Part shown: positions 29,052 to 42,898 of the stretch, piece after piece
How positions within the stretch are numbered: position 1 is the first letter of the stretch
Layout: each line of letters begins with the position of its first letter
NCBI GenBank assembly: GCA_964057225.1
Contig: OZ059897.1
Coordinates: 5,766,001-5,830,000 of the forward strand
Direction of reading: 5' to 3'
DNA from: Auanema rhodensis
Lineage: Eukaryota; Animalia; Nematoda
DNA: 64,000 bases
Translations under genes and position numbers: made by a program
Notes under the pieces: model-generated
The model's database searches: none
What the model was told of the DNA's origin: nothing
What the model saw: the letters and a program-made list of their open reading frames with translations, nothing else

Positions 29052-32000
29052 TCCTACAAAAAAAAACATTATGCACAGTTTAAAAGGGAATTTAAACAAT
29101 TAAAATCACGAAAAATCGAGAAGTACGAATAAAATTGTTCATCACGACTGGTGAGGAAGAAAATGAATAATGGTAATATTCATTGTTTTATGAAGAAAAA
29201 AAAAGAATTACAATCTTTTGATGAGAAGAGGAATACATAAATGAAGTGAGAAAGACGAAAAAACATGACTACCGTACCCTTGTCTAGCACCCAGTGGCCG
29301 TATTTGGCAACAACAGAAGTTCAGCTCAGCCATGTTGGCTTCAGATTTTTATCTTAATGAGCCTATTAAGGTACTACGTCATGGACGGTTCCCTCGAAAA
29401 CGCAACGTTCATAAGATTTATGTCACATTTCCACTATTTTAAAAAAGAAAGCTAGATGAGATTGCATACAGGTTGTCAAGCGATTGGTTATAAATTAAAA
29501 TGTAAATGTTTACAGACACAATGCTTCGAATATTTTTTTTTAGAAAAGAAGCTTCAGCAGCATCATTGATAGAAGTGAATCGAAACTCTGAAAGGGCTTG
29601 AAAAATGTTTTGTGTAAAGCTTTCGTAATGAAGTAAATTCTTTCGATAGAAAAATTGAAATATAAATCCAAGTAGATGTCAGACACAAGTAGTTAAAAAG
29701 TAGAGATTACTGTAGAATAGTGAAAAAACAGTCTTAGTTGTTGGAAAAGGAGATGAACATAAGTATGAATATAGAAAGAATAACTAATAAGTAGTTGCTA
29801 ACTAGAGTTTCAGATGAATCACAGCTCAAACACGGAAGAACGTGATAAGACTGAAGACCGGCACGCTTATTAAGACGATAAAACCGCCTCTGCCTAATTG
29901 ACTAATTATCTGTGACGAAGGCTAATCACAAATCCTCTTAAGATGATTCTCTCTTTGCGGCTCCGTCCAACAACTTTCTCATGACCTCTTACACACGAAG
30001 CTTATCATACAAGTGGCATGCGACAAGGTTCCTTGCAAGTCAAATACCGTAATCGCCATAGGTACATATACGCATGCAGAACAATTTCTGAAATTTCAAG
30101 ACCAAGCAAAGTTTTTCATCAAGAATGAAAATCTTTGAGTTTTTTAATTGCCAGACAAGAATATAGAGTCTTCAAAAAGATCTTCTAAAATTGATTGTGA
30201 TTGAGATTTTAGATGAGAGAGACGATCAATTGCTAAACTACAGGAAACGCCGTATATTATTTATGAAAACGTTCAAGCTTGTGGAGCAAGAACGATAGAA
30301 AACATGAAAAACGACAACAGAGGAGGTTGGAAAAGGAACCATACACATGGAATAGAAGATGATAAAACCGGATGAAATGTTTGTAATTTATCCTGGAAAC
30401 TCAAAACATTTTTCTCTCCACCTACTCAAAAGTTCATATTACAGATATGAAATGTTGGGCATGTAAGTAGATCGGTATACGAGCTTGTTAAGAAATTTAA
30501 AAATACTTCAAAAACTAGGAGAGGCGTTTATTCATTTCATAAATATGGAAATAGAAGCTGTTGGAATTAATGTATCAAAACATTTTAAAGAAACAGAGTT
30601 AGTAAATGTGATTGAACGAGGATTGACCGACTGATGGCTTGTCGGAAGTGTGGTAAGGTCGCAAAGGATTTGATGGGTGGGACGAGGTGATGGCATCAAG
30701 TCGGATGGACAACCACTGTTCTACAGCTGGTAACGAGAAGATATGAAGTGAGAAAAGAAGATTATATTATAAATAGATAGAGATAAAGAAATAGTTTGAG
30801 AGAAAAGAAGAGGTCGAGAGATGTTAGCTATAGCCTGAATCAAAAGACAGAGCGCTGTGTGATGTCGTTGACTGGTTGTAATGGTTAGCAGAGAAACAAG
30901 CGGCTCATCAAAGGGCTTGTCCCGACCCTACTATTAACAGGCAATATTCTGTTCGGTGACAAATGTGGAAGAGGGAAGAAACAGAAAACGGAAGATGAAG
31001 AGAAAGAAGAAGCTCGTAGAATCATTCGTCAGCAACTTAAGTGCGATTCCGGCAGACTTCGGGAAGTATAGAAAATCACATGGCTACGACAGGAGAACAC
31101 GCAACAGCTACTCTGTTCCTTGCTTAGAGCACATTAATTTCCACAAAGACATCTCTTACTTGACCGATAAAACGAACGAGAAACATGATGAGGCAAACTA
31201 CAACGAGCGAAAAAAAGTTGGAAGTGTTTAAGAAGTCAGAGTCTGTTCAGATCATAAACGCTAGAGCAAGGAATTCTTGGCGCAAACCACAAAAGACATT
31301 CGAAGAGGGGGCGTGACGATGACACTTAAACACTATCCCTCTGATGGCCAACGACCGATATGAAAACCGTTAACTACAGTACAAGTGTTGAAGTTTTGTT
31401 TTTTTATTGGAGAACATGGGGGGATAGTCTACTATAGTCAAAATTTTGCAAACAACTAAACAGATTGTTTAGGTATATCCAGACATTTTTTTTTGCTGTA
31501 TAAAATAACTGTCCTTCAGACGCACTCTATACTTAGCGCTTCTTGATCATTAAAAATAGCACTACGCAAAAAATCTGAACGAACGAACATGCTATCCTTT
31601 TACAAAGGTCTATTATACTCTTCTCTTTAACTACGTCTAAAGTCAATGAGCTGGAGGTAAAACATGTGAACTGGTCAGAGTCTTCCACGATTGACATATT
31701 CAGGCTGTTATTTTAATGTTTTCGGATGTACAGCTCAATATCGTGCAAAAAAGCCCATGAGCGAACCGAAGTAGAAAAAAAAAGATTTTTCAATTTTTTG
31801 TCGGTTTCCGACAAAAGAGGATCCACAAGGTCTGCCTGATGAAGCAGCTGTCTGCTTTGTATACGGGTGCGAATGTTTCTTCTGTCTCAACATGTTCACA
31901 TTTTATTTCTTGTTCAATTTTCGGTAGATGTTGCCATCTATGTCCTGTTGATAAGATGAGGCGCTAATTTTTATTTGTTTTCCTATGTTGTAATAGAGCT

Positions 32001-33017
32001 CACAGTAAGACACTGGACAATGTAGTTGTCCTCGAAATTACGTTTGCAGTTATATTTTTTCTTTTAGAAAAAAAGATATTGAAGGACGAACTGATGTTTC
32101 AATCTATCGACAAATTTGAAATTTTTGGAGAGCGAAAGTAAATCCTCAGGTCACAAAATCTTTAGATAGTTGTAAGATAATTGTGTATGATAATATGTGG
32201 ATCAGTTGGCGTATCCTTTTGCGGGAACATAATTAATAGGTTCAACCTCACGACCTTGGTACGGATCAAACATGATATCCGGTTAGCTCCAGGCAGATTA
32301 GGTGACATCATAAACCTAAATGGTTACGAGATTCCGCGAGGAGAAGGAGGCCCATTTGATCTAATTGACGGGAGAAAAGTAGAAATAGCAAGTAAAAGGA
32401 AGTACAGAATAACATAAATAGAATATTTGCCAAACTGACCAATAAATAGCAACCGGACGCGCTGACGTAAAAAACCAAAATGGAAAATGCTAATTAACTG
32501 ATTCGCACGCAATGAATCTGCCTGCCACGTCAGTGACGTGAACAATATGATATGCTGGATCTTATACGAAGAAAGATATCTAATAGATATCAAGTTTAAA
32601 GCCCTTTTTGTTTTAAATTGATTGTAAAGCATAATTTAGGTTTCGGTGAAAACTTTTGTACTCAATTTCATTGCATAAGTTAAAGAAAAACATAAGAGGG
32701 CTTTTATGAGTTTATCGGCTAGGTTTAGTGTCCAAGGCTGTAGATGGTATGTACAGCAACTAGTGATAAAATCAACCTCGTAAAACTAATTAGTTGTCTT
32801 GTGCAATGCGTCTTGGTCGTAAATACGCGCGAATGCGAGATGTGAGTTGCGAGTTTATGAGAATTCGCAACCGGCTTTAGAATTGTTGCGAAAAATAAAT
32901 ACTAGAACGATTGACTGCAATGAATAGTAAAACGAGAGAAAGAACAATATACGTCTAGCTAGAGCGTTGAGCCAAAATATCACCGACTGATGATTTAGGT
33001 ATCGAAATTCAGCTTCA

Positions 33018-33245
33018 ATGTCTCTCTTTTATCCACTAGCATTTATTACCTTCTTTATCTATATTTCAATCCTCATGATGGCACGTGACATCGTGAAAGG
33101 AATAGAGAAGCGCGAATATCGTCACATTTCAAGTGTGCTAATGAATGTTGAAGCTTCCCTTAATGATCCTGATGATTATATTGCTCAGAATACTTCCGTG
33201 ATGTTGTTCAGAGTCAGTGCGACTAAGAAAGAGCCGTTCGTGTAA
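33018..33245 (+). CDS. Possible small (75 aa) secreted or single-pass protein
   Basis: ATTCAG acceptor 5 nt before the ATG, N-terminal hydrophobic stretch, KR dibasic site; no recognised homology. Confidence 0.3.
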   Translation: MSLFYPLAFITFFIYISILMMARDIVKGIEKREYRHISSVLMNVEASLNDPDDYIAQNTSVMLFRVSATKKEPFV

Positions 33246-34327
33246 CCCATGATTGGGCATATTGAGGTCGTGTCTAGTTGAAGATTGTCTCTCGGGGTGA
33301 AAAGACGACGTAAAAGCCGTGAATATCCAATTCATCACAATAATGGTCGTGTACACACCATCAACCACATCATCTCACATCCTTGTCCTCAATTATTCGT
33401 CTACTTACCGTAGTCCGAAATACACTAGACGGACTTTAACTGAACCTTTCATCTTTCCGATAGAAACAAAATTTACTGCCAATCAGAAATACATTAATCA
33501 GACGCGTGTTGCGATTTTCTTGTCAGAATATAGCTTCTACATCTGATATATTGCATCTTCAAGACAATCTAAACCTGAAAGGTTCATCACGAGAAAGGAA
33601 TCCAAAATACCAAATTCTCATCAAATCAATTTACAAGAACTAAAACGTCTCCAAAATTATTTTATATTTGGTGTACATTAGTCTACATTTTTTCTCCCAG
33701 CAGGAGATCTTTTACGACTTAATAGACTAAAGACAGTTAATCATTATGAAATCTGAAATGCTGCCCGAAATTAAACCGTAAATAGCAGAGAGGAAACAGA
33801 TGAAAATAGCTTTACAACAACTGAACGACATTTAGGTTTGATGAGCTGGGAATTCGGGAAACATTTTCTGAAAACTTTTAGCCATATCTCAGCATCATCA
33901 GGAATCATAGAGTTCAAAAGCTTCCCAAATTTTAGTAAAAACGTTCCAAAGTTGTACAAGCAATTATAAGTATGAAAAGTGATATTTTCATTAAGGGATT
34001 AAGCGCACTGAAGTACATGATATAAAGTAAGCAAATCCAAAATAAAAACGAAAGAAAATGCTTCTACGTAGAAAGTAAATTGATCGATTAACAATCACAA
34101 CTTCAAAGAACTAGACGTTGAAAATAATCCAGTCATTTCTATTTATAAACAATCCATATGTACGCCAAATATTTAGTGAACAAAATGCGTATCAGTTAGT
34201 GATGTTCAAATCTTCGTTGTCCTAGCTATGCCCACCATCGATTTTTCTTTCTTATTAATGTCTCTGTTCATACTATTTTATTTACTTTCCTTTCTTTAAA
34301 AAAAAACAAATTAACCATGTTTTAGTA

Positions 34328-34942
34328 ATGGCTGGAGCTAAGAATTGTGTTGCGCTTTTGGAAAATTTTATTAAGCATGCAGGAGCTTCAAATAGATTTT
34401 CCAAGTTTGCTGGAGCCGTAAGACGCACAATATTTAAACATTGATTGATACTATTTTATAGGTTCGTCCAATAACAGCAGAAGAAGGGCGAGTCAAAGTA
34501 GAGTTTGAAGTAACTGAGGAATTAACAAATGAAATGGTGTTTTATATTGTACAGTTTGAAATTTTTTATCTTTTCATCACAGGGCACTCTCCATGGAGGA
34601 TGCACTGCAACCTTGATTGATATTGTTACAACTGCTGCTTGCATGCTGACAAAGAAAGCAGCACCTGGAGTGTCGGTTAATTTGGATGTCAAGTGATGTT
34701 ACTTATTCTTACCTTGTGGTAACATATGTTTTTCAGTTACTTGAGTGCTGCAAAATTAGGAGAAACTGTCGTATTAGACGCTCGAGTTCTTCGTGTCGGT
34801 AACACTTTGGCTTACACGGAGGTAAAGCAGTAGTATGAGTTGTTTTACTTATTTATTATTTCTTCAGGGTGAATTATTCCTTAAGAATTCTAATAAATTG
34901 ATTGCTAAAGGAATGCATACCAAAGCTTTTCCAAGAGTTTAA
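34328..34942 (+). CDS. Acyl-CoA thioesterase 13 (THEM2/PaaI hotdog fold), paralog 1
   Basis: NEMGTLHGGCTATLIDIVTT, PGVSVNLDVNYLSAAKLGE, IAKGMHTK. Confidence 0.92.
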
Positions 34943-35125
34943 GAATAATTATTTTAACTTTTTTTCTTGTAAATAGTTTTTTTGTAATTTATTAAAACAA
35001 GTTATAAACGGTTTTGTAAATTACATTTTTAATTTTAGAGATACATTCAAGTTTTAATAACTCTCATACTTTTAACTGTAAAACTTCTTTATTTCCTGAA
35101 TATATTTATTTTATTTAACTTAAAG

Positions 35126-35736
35126 ATGAGCAGCATGAAGTATATGCAAATTTTACAATCAACAGTCAATCGCTGTAAAAAAGATAATAGTTTCATGAAA
35201 TCTTTCGGAAAGGTATTTAATTTGTTTTCAAAAGAATTTATAAAATATATTCCAGGTGATTCCAGTATTTGCCGATGAAGGAAAGGCGAAAATAGAGTTT
35301 GAAGTAACGGAAGATCTCACTAATATGTCTGTAAGTTGTTTTTTTCTTTTCTTCTATTATATATTTTTTGTTTAATAGGGTACTCTTCATGGAGGTTGTG
35401 CCATGACTATTTTTGATATCTGTACTACTACCCTTTGTGCTATGACTCCACGAGAAATAACGGGAGTTAGTGTTAACTTGAATATGAAGTTTGTTTCCTG
35501 TGAATTAATCATTTTCTATGTGTTTGTTTAGTTATCTTAGCCCAGCTAGACTGGGAGATGTGGTTGTGATGGATGCTCGTGTACTTCGTATGGGAAAATC
35601 TATAGCATATACGGAAGTTGTTTTAATCTTTCTAGCTGTTTTAATTTTAAAGTTCCAGGCTGATCTGTATTTGAAAAGTTCAGGAAAAGCTATTGCTAAA
35701 GGGCTTCATACTATAGCAATACTAAAGACGAACTAA
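35126..35736 (+). CDS. Acyl-CoA thioesterase 13 (hotdog fold), tandem paralog 2
   Basis: NMSGTLHGGCAMTIFDICTT, GVSVNLNM.YLSPARLGD, IAKGLHT; same intron positions as paralog 1. Confidence 0.9.
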
Positions 35737-35798
35737 TCTATTGTTGTTGTTGTTAGTGCTTAATTGGAAAAAAACATTTTATTAGAATTTCAATATAT

Positions 35799-38052
35799 TT
35801 ATTTCTTGCGTTTAGGGGCTAATTCTAACCCTTTGATAAACTTCTTATCCACTCCATATTCTTTCATTAAAAGGTCACCAATGAATACAACCTAAATGTT
35901 TTACTAAAGATATTTCATACGAAGGAAATATTACTTGATTTCCTTGAATGACAAGTTGTGGTCCTTCGCAGTTTACTGCTTCGGGATTCAAAGTTGCGCT
36001 AGCAGCAACTCCGACTTGAATTTGATGGCAAATGGTTTTGGGGTCTAACCCAAAAACAGCAGAGTTATTAACTAGAGTTACTTTTTTGTTTCCAGATCGA
36101 GTTTCAACCTATGCATACAAAAATTGATTTCATATACTTTAACAGTTGTACCTTAAACACAATTTCAGGCATAGAAATTTTACGAATAATTTCCTTTCCG
36201 TTCGGCATTCTTATCACAAACGTTTTTGTCATTCGCGACTTAATATATGAATGATAAAAACATTTATAAACTTTTCACATACTTGGATCTTCTGCATCAA
36301 AGAATTCCAATCAATAACATCAGAATTAGTATTTGATACATCAGCCAAAATGGGATCAAGCTTAACTTTTGAGCCTGCTGCCAAATTCTATGTTTTGGAA
36401 ATTACAAAGCATTAAAATTATATAGTTACCTCTTTTTTCACATACTCAGTTACTAAATATTTTATATCTTTCGCTTCTAATAAATCACCTTTGTTTAGTT
36501 TATCTAGAGTTCGGAAAAGCTTTAGAACCGGCTCTGTTACCTAAAATAAAGGAATATTAGTATGCAAAATGAATAATTTTACCGAAAAATATTCATGAAT
36601 CGTTGGAGCATTAATAGATTTTTTCTCTTCTGGTTCCGTTGTGACTTCATCAGTTAATTCAAATGATCTGAAAGAGGGATGAGCCCAATTGATCTGAAAC
36701 CCAAAGTTTAATCTTGAAAGTTTTTTTTCATCTTACTTCAGAAATAACATCAGCTCCTTTATTTTTCTTGGTTATTTTTACGAATATTCCATCTTCATGT
36801 TTATTAATCTAAACTTTCAAGTATTTAGTGAGTCGGAGAGGCAATCAGTACCTCGTCTAAGAAAGTTCCGAACTTCTTGTATTTTGTCTTTTTCATATCT
36901 AATCTCTTGTTAGATGGTACACACTTCAGAAGACATTGTGAGTAGAACTGGAAAACAATGTCCTTTATCCTCAATTTCACTGAAACTAACTTGTCCAACA
37001 TCCAATGGAAGTGTACCCGATTTCTTGAACCGAAATTTCAATCCAGCAATAAAACAACGAAGCAGCTTAAAATATATTCCATAAATCAGAATTTCAATTC
37101 TTAACCAACTAAATTTTCCATTGGCTCTATATCTTCTTCGGCTTCTTCCACAACGACATTTGAATCTTCTGCTGCAGGAGTTGGTGAAGGAGACTCTGCT
37201 TCCGAATCTGCTATTCGTTATAAGTAACATACGTCTTTTAATATTGCTACCTTTCGAGAGCACAATATCTTGAATATTCAACTCTTCTTCAGTTCCTGAT
37301 ACACTATTTTCTTCAACTGGGGGAGGAGATAATATGGACAGCTCATTTACTGGTGGTGTTCCTCTTGGACCAAACTCCCTGTAAATTTATGAACTGTATC
37401 TTATGTCGAATGCAATCGAACCAGAGGTTGTCTCGAAAAACATGAAGAGTTTGCAGTACTTTTCCTTGGGATGTACCAATAAAAGCATCTCTTGATGACA
37501 TAAAAGCTGCACCAACGGAAACGGGTCCTTTAATTTGTCCTTTTTCAAATAATGACACGACAACACAATCTCCTTTTTCAAACTCCGGTAGAGGAGCTAC
37601 ATTTCGAAGCACGCCTAAAAGAACAGCATTGTATCTTCGAAAAATGCTATGTGATTTAAAAAGAAGTAGAGTTACCTAACCAGGTAACATTAAATCAGCT
37701 CCATTCTCTAGATATTGTAATGTAGGAGAGTATACCAGTATAGTTGGATATACTGCAGGATGCTTCCATAAATAGAACATAGTAGGAAAGATTACGCCAT
37801 CATCTTCATAGTCAAAGAATAGAGGTTCTTTATCGAAGGTGTAAAGATTGATGAGCATATTATTGAAAGTTATCAGTTTTACATGAGCAACTTGAGCTTT
37901 CTTGTCCACTGTAGCCGCTACATTTCCTGGTAATTTACTGATAAGTTTTCTCCTTAGAAAAACTTAATAGTTACTGAAAAAGGCTGACCAACTTACGTAT
38001 CGGAATTCCTCAAGTTAACATTTTTTTTAACAACAAAGGGTTTTCTAAACAT
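35799..38052 (-). CDS. eif-2D: Eukaryotic translation initiation factor 2D (ligatin): PUA, SWIB and SUI1 domains
   Basis: MFRKPFVVKKNVNLRNSD; LENGADLMLPG (PUA); LDMKKTKYKKFGTFL; VETRSGNKKVTLVN and LVIQGNQV (SUI1). Confidence 0.95.
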
Positions 38053-38448
38053 TTTAGACACCTATCCGAAAAAAGCCCTGAAAAACTATCATTTTTAAAT
38101 TCCAATCCCGATAAGTGAAATTAAGCCAGCTTGACTCTCGAATATATGAGCTTCTTAAAATCATTTCAATATAGTTTTCAATCACGGAGTATGTTTATGA
38201 AAAACTTTTCATTTTATTAGTAACTGATTGTTATACAGTTAAACTAAACATTTATATTAAATTTAATATAATTTCAATTTAATATTTTAATTAACATGAA
38301 ATAGTGTACGCAAAATAATCTGCACGTTGTTTACAATAAACTTGCGCCCAACATTGCGCTCTTTAACTTTTCTACCTTCAAGCTCATTTTTATCTTCATC
38401 TGTTTACTCTAAAAATTTAATTTTCAAAGTTTTTTCTTTAATTTAGAG

Positions 38449-39342
38449 ATGGGTAACCAGTACGTTAAGCCAGATCAAACCGGCAAATCGCCATACACTA
38501 GATCTGGAGTCCCACCTCCAGCCATTGCCAAGAAAGCTGGATCAGACAAGCCTAGTCACCGGTTAGTGAAGTTTTAAAGTTTTTCTTTTGTGTGAATAGA
38601 ATATTTTACAACAACTTAATTAAAAAACGTAACTTTAGTATCAATGAGCCTATGTCTCTTGAACTTCATATGGCTGACGAGCGAGTCCGTGCTGCCGGTC
38701 TTTCTCCAGCCGAGAGAGAATGGCGTAAAAAATGGGTTATGGTAAAATAAATAGTTTCAAAGCATGTTCTTAATTGAGCTTTTAGGACCAACATCTTCAC
38801 CCAGATGAGCCTATTGTAGTTGATGCTGTTCATCGCCAATTAAACCCTGTTAGAGTTCTGTACAGATATCCATGGGACAAGCTGTACCTCCACTTCTTAA
38901 AGGTTGAAATATTTAATAACGTTTTTTCATTTTAATTACTTTAGCCAACTTTTGGTGTTTATTATGGAACAGCTATTAGAGTAACAGTTCCAAAGGTGTT
39001 GATGGCTTTTGTCACGATACAAGCTATGTACTATTACTGGAAGTATGAAGTCAAGGTATTCTTTTTTTTTGTACCCAGATTAATATTACTTCGATCAGGA
39101 CTGGACACATTTGAGAGGACTTGAAACAATGCCTCAAAAAGAAGTTCTTCTTAATGCTAATACTATCGAAAACAAATATCCAGGACTCGCTTCTAAAGCT
39201 CTTCCTCATCCTGCCAACTACGACTACTATGGGTAACACATTTTACCAAATTATATATGTATAGATTTGCTCTCATTTTAGCCCAACCTTTGAGAAGAGA
39301 ACTGCTTTATTGGATGTTGGACAATCTTCTCGCCCTTGGTAG
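38449..39342 (+). CDS. NDUFB6: NADH:ubiquinone oxidoreductase subunit B6 (B17)
   Basis: EREWRKKWVMDQHLHPDEP, YRYPWDK, TM segment followed by YYYWKYEVKDW. Confidence 0.88.
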
Positions 39343-39899
39343 AAGTTAGCGTAATGTAGATACATAGGAAAATGCTCATCCGCAGTTTTCGTTATTAGCG
39401 TTTTTTGTTCTGTTCTATGGGTATATTTGCCTGGAGAATAAAATATATTATATAACAAAAAAATTTATTTATTGTGTATTCGCGTCACAATTCGTTCATA
39501 TCTGGAATAACTATATTTGTCAATAAAAGTAAAATTATTACAGAATTAAAAATGGTTTGTATCAATAAATCAACAAAAATTTCTATCAATGTGAGTTGCA
39601 ACCAGTTATGATTATTAAAAAAAAAGGAAAATTGTGAGTCTTTTGTCTGATGTGAGCTTCTTGCTATACCATCTGTTCTGTGGATGTCCATTTGAACACC
39701 TGCCACTCGGGTTCTCTATGGATGTAGCTTAATTTGGTATTGACATATGCGTCAGGTCATTTTATCGTTGCTATGGAATAGTTTACGTTAGATATATCTA
39801 TTCATGAAATTGTTTTTGATGAAATCGTTTAAATTTCATGTGTGATTTTCAGGCTGTTTCCTTATTCATTTCCCCTTGTTAATCTTACATCAATGAAAA

Positions 39900-42673
39900 A
39901 TGGATCATTCTCTTAATGCAATAGCAAAAAAGGTAAGTATTATTACATTATTATTATTTTTGATACTATCACCTTTTAGGGCCTCAGTGTTCTGGATATG
40001 GAATCAATATTAACTAGAGCTATTTATCAAGTATTGAATCGTAACCCATCTCAATCAGACATTTATAATCATTTAGAGAAAAATACTAATGTAAGTTTCT
40101 TTATTAACAATATTCGTATTCTATGTACCGTTTCAGAATATTCCAGCAGATTTTCAGAATCAGTTAAAACTAATTGCTGAACATCTCTGTAAACGTGTTG
40201 AACGAATGTAAGTTCTTTTCCTTTTTTTTTAATCCTCTTTTTGCAATCATCTGTATTTTTTCCCCTACTAGCTATATAATTCTGTCTAATTACTCTTGAT
40301 CTGATTTTTTATAAAAATAGATAGATACAAGTTATAACTAAAAAATATTTCTTGATTACACTTTTGTCATGCTACTTTTTCTAATTCTCATCCTATACTC
40401 ATAATTCAGCTTTGTTTAAGAAACCTACCTAGCAAATCTAGTGGGAAGAAAAAAGTAGATATTTAAGTTCAAACTTTTAGCTATGAGAAAAAGATGTATG
40501 ATCGAAGAGAAGCTGATAGAAATGAAACAGATAAACGAATAAAGGAAATCAGAAACGAATACGAAGATGAGATGAAAGTTTTTAAACGCAGGGTATATAT
40601 CTCAAACATTTAAAAATAATTTTGTTTTTTGTAATTTAGGTTGAAAAGGAAAAAAATCTCCTTGAACAAGCATTACGTAATAGAGAACGTGATATGCAAC
40701 AGAGAAATGATATTCGTTTAATGGTAAATGTTTCTTTTTGTTCAATATATATGGAAGTATTATTTGCAGGATCGTGAAAATGAGTTAGAAATTAGACGAA
40801 AGTTCTTGGAAAATCGCGCGAATGAGTTGAATCTAGTTAAAGAACAACTAGAGTCTGCTAGTGAAGGCTTCAAAAAGTATGTTTAATCGTAATATAAATT
40901 TAGTTCATTGTATATTAGGAAAATGAAAGGCGAATTGGAAGCAATACGAATAGAATGGGAAAAGATTTCTGCGGTGAAACTAGAATTAGGAGACCCCAGG
41001 CAAAATATAATTTTTAATATATTCTTCTTATAAACAATATTTCAGTGGTTCATTACCATGTGTCCAAGTTCCAATTTTCAAAGAACGGATCATTGAATTA
41101 GAAAAAATTTGTGAGGAGTTGAAGAATAAACTATCTTCAAGAGAAGCTGAAACATTTGTTCTGAAACAAAAATTGGAAATGAAGGTACTATTTAATAAAG
41201 GCTGTGTTTCTTATATTTTCATATTTCAGGGTGATTCCAATCATTATAGCCAATTTTCTAAGGATATTGAAAGATTAACTCATGAGAACGTTAGGTTAAA
41301 AAATGAAATTTCTAAATATAGGGTGCATAATTTTTATTCCTCCTTTTTCTTTAAAAGTCTGATCTATTTTCTAATTTATATTTTATAGAGCATGTATGAA
41401 GGATCAAACAATGATTTACAAAAAAATGTTATGCAATCGAGACTTAATGGAGAAGCTTTACAATTTAAAATTAATGAACAGAAAATTATAATGGGTTTGC
41501 TGGTGAGTTTATTTTATTTTTATTTGTTGATTTTTTCAAAATTTAAGAACGATAAGATAAAAACTTTAACTATCGAAAGAGATAATTTGCGGAAAGATAT
41601 TATTTCAAATTCACGTAGCCAGTGTTATGATGGAAAACATAAAAAGGGAAAGCGATATAGGTATAAGCATAGATTCTTCTTGTTTTATATGTGTTGTTTA
41701 AAGCTTTTCAATGAATTTGGATTCTGAAAATACCAGTGAACCGAGCACAAGTAGATCTGGTGACAGCAATGAGATCGAAAATATTAGAAAAAGAATACAC
41801 AATCTAGATGTAATCGCTAAGGTATTCAATATCTAATGTTCATTTTAATAAACCTTTTAATAGGAATTAGATGTATCTGTGGAACACTATACATCGTTGA
41901 GAGCTCATATCGTAGGAAGTCATCAGTCTTTGCTGTTATCTAATGTAATTACAGTTTTATTTTTCTATTATTTTGTTTTCCCTTTTCATTCTTCCTACTC
42001 AACAACTAGCATTATTTTTTAAAACATTTTATTCTATTTTTATCCCATTTTCTAGGATGGTTATGATGATTATTGTCGGCACTCTTCCTCTCAGAATTCT
42101 CCGAAGAAAGGGAATTTTCAATTGACTGATACTACTGTTCTTCCAAGTGTATCTGGTGTAGATGTTGCTCTACCAATTATTCCGGGAAGTTCAAAAGTAC
42201 ATGAAGAGCATAATGACATGATAGGAGAATCATCCCAGACAAAACCATCATCAAATAGAGTTACTGTAACCAAAACTGTTTTCAATTCACATGCACAGGA
42301 GGTAATTAATGCATTTTTTCACAATCAATGAACCATTCATTGCAGAAAGAAAATTCTGTTTCAATACAACCAGCTGTTGAGGATAGCTATTACTCAGGCA
42401 TCGATCCTGTGATGGCTCAATATATGCGAATAGTAGGCGATAAACGCAACAAAGATCAGAATGTACTGAAATCTTAAAAACATTGTGTACTGAAACACGT
42501 ATTCCTTTTAGAATCCTGGCGGAAACGAACAGATGAGCTCTACAACGCCAGCTCCTGCTCAAGTAGCAGCGAGGGATGTTGAAGAAGAAACATTAGAAAC
42601 TGTAGAAGTAACTTCCGGATTAGCTAACTTAACCGAGTACAATTATGCTGAAGATAACGATATAGACTGGTGA
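39900..42673 (+). CDS. Long coiled-coil protein with acidic-Trp C-terminus (candidate divergent OFD1-like centriolar protein)
   Basis: About 12 exons in frame from MDHSLNAIAKK to ...NYAEDNDIDW*; E/K/R heptad-rich middle. The OFD1 resemblance is from recalled sequence only. Confidence 0.7.
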
Positions 42674-42898
42674 TTGCGATCATGTTTTTCATGTGACGAC
42701 ATAACTCTTGATATGTATACTTGTAGTTTAATATACTTTATATGAGAGTGTTGGTTTTTGGAGAAAGAATAATGAAAGTTCTTTTTCCCCGGTTTTGTAA
42801 TTTCCTGATGTTTTATGTTTTCTTCTAAAATTTATTTATTTTCCATTGTTGCTTTAATGTGCCATAGATTTTTTTAATAATTCACTTACAGATGTTAT

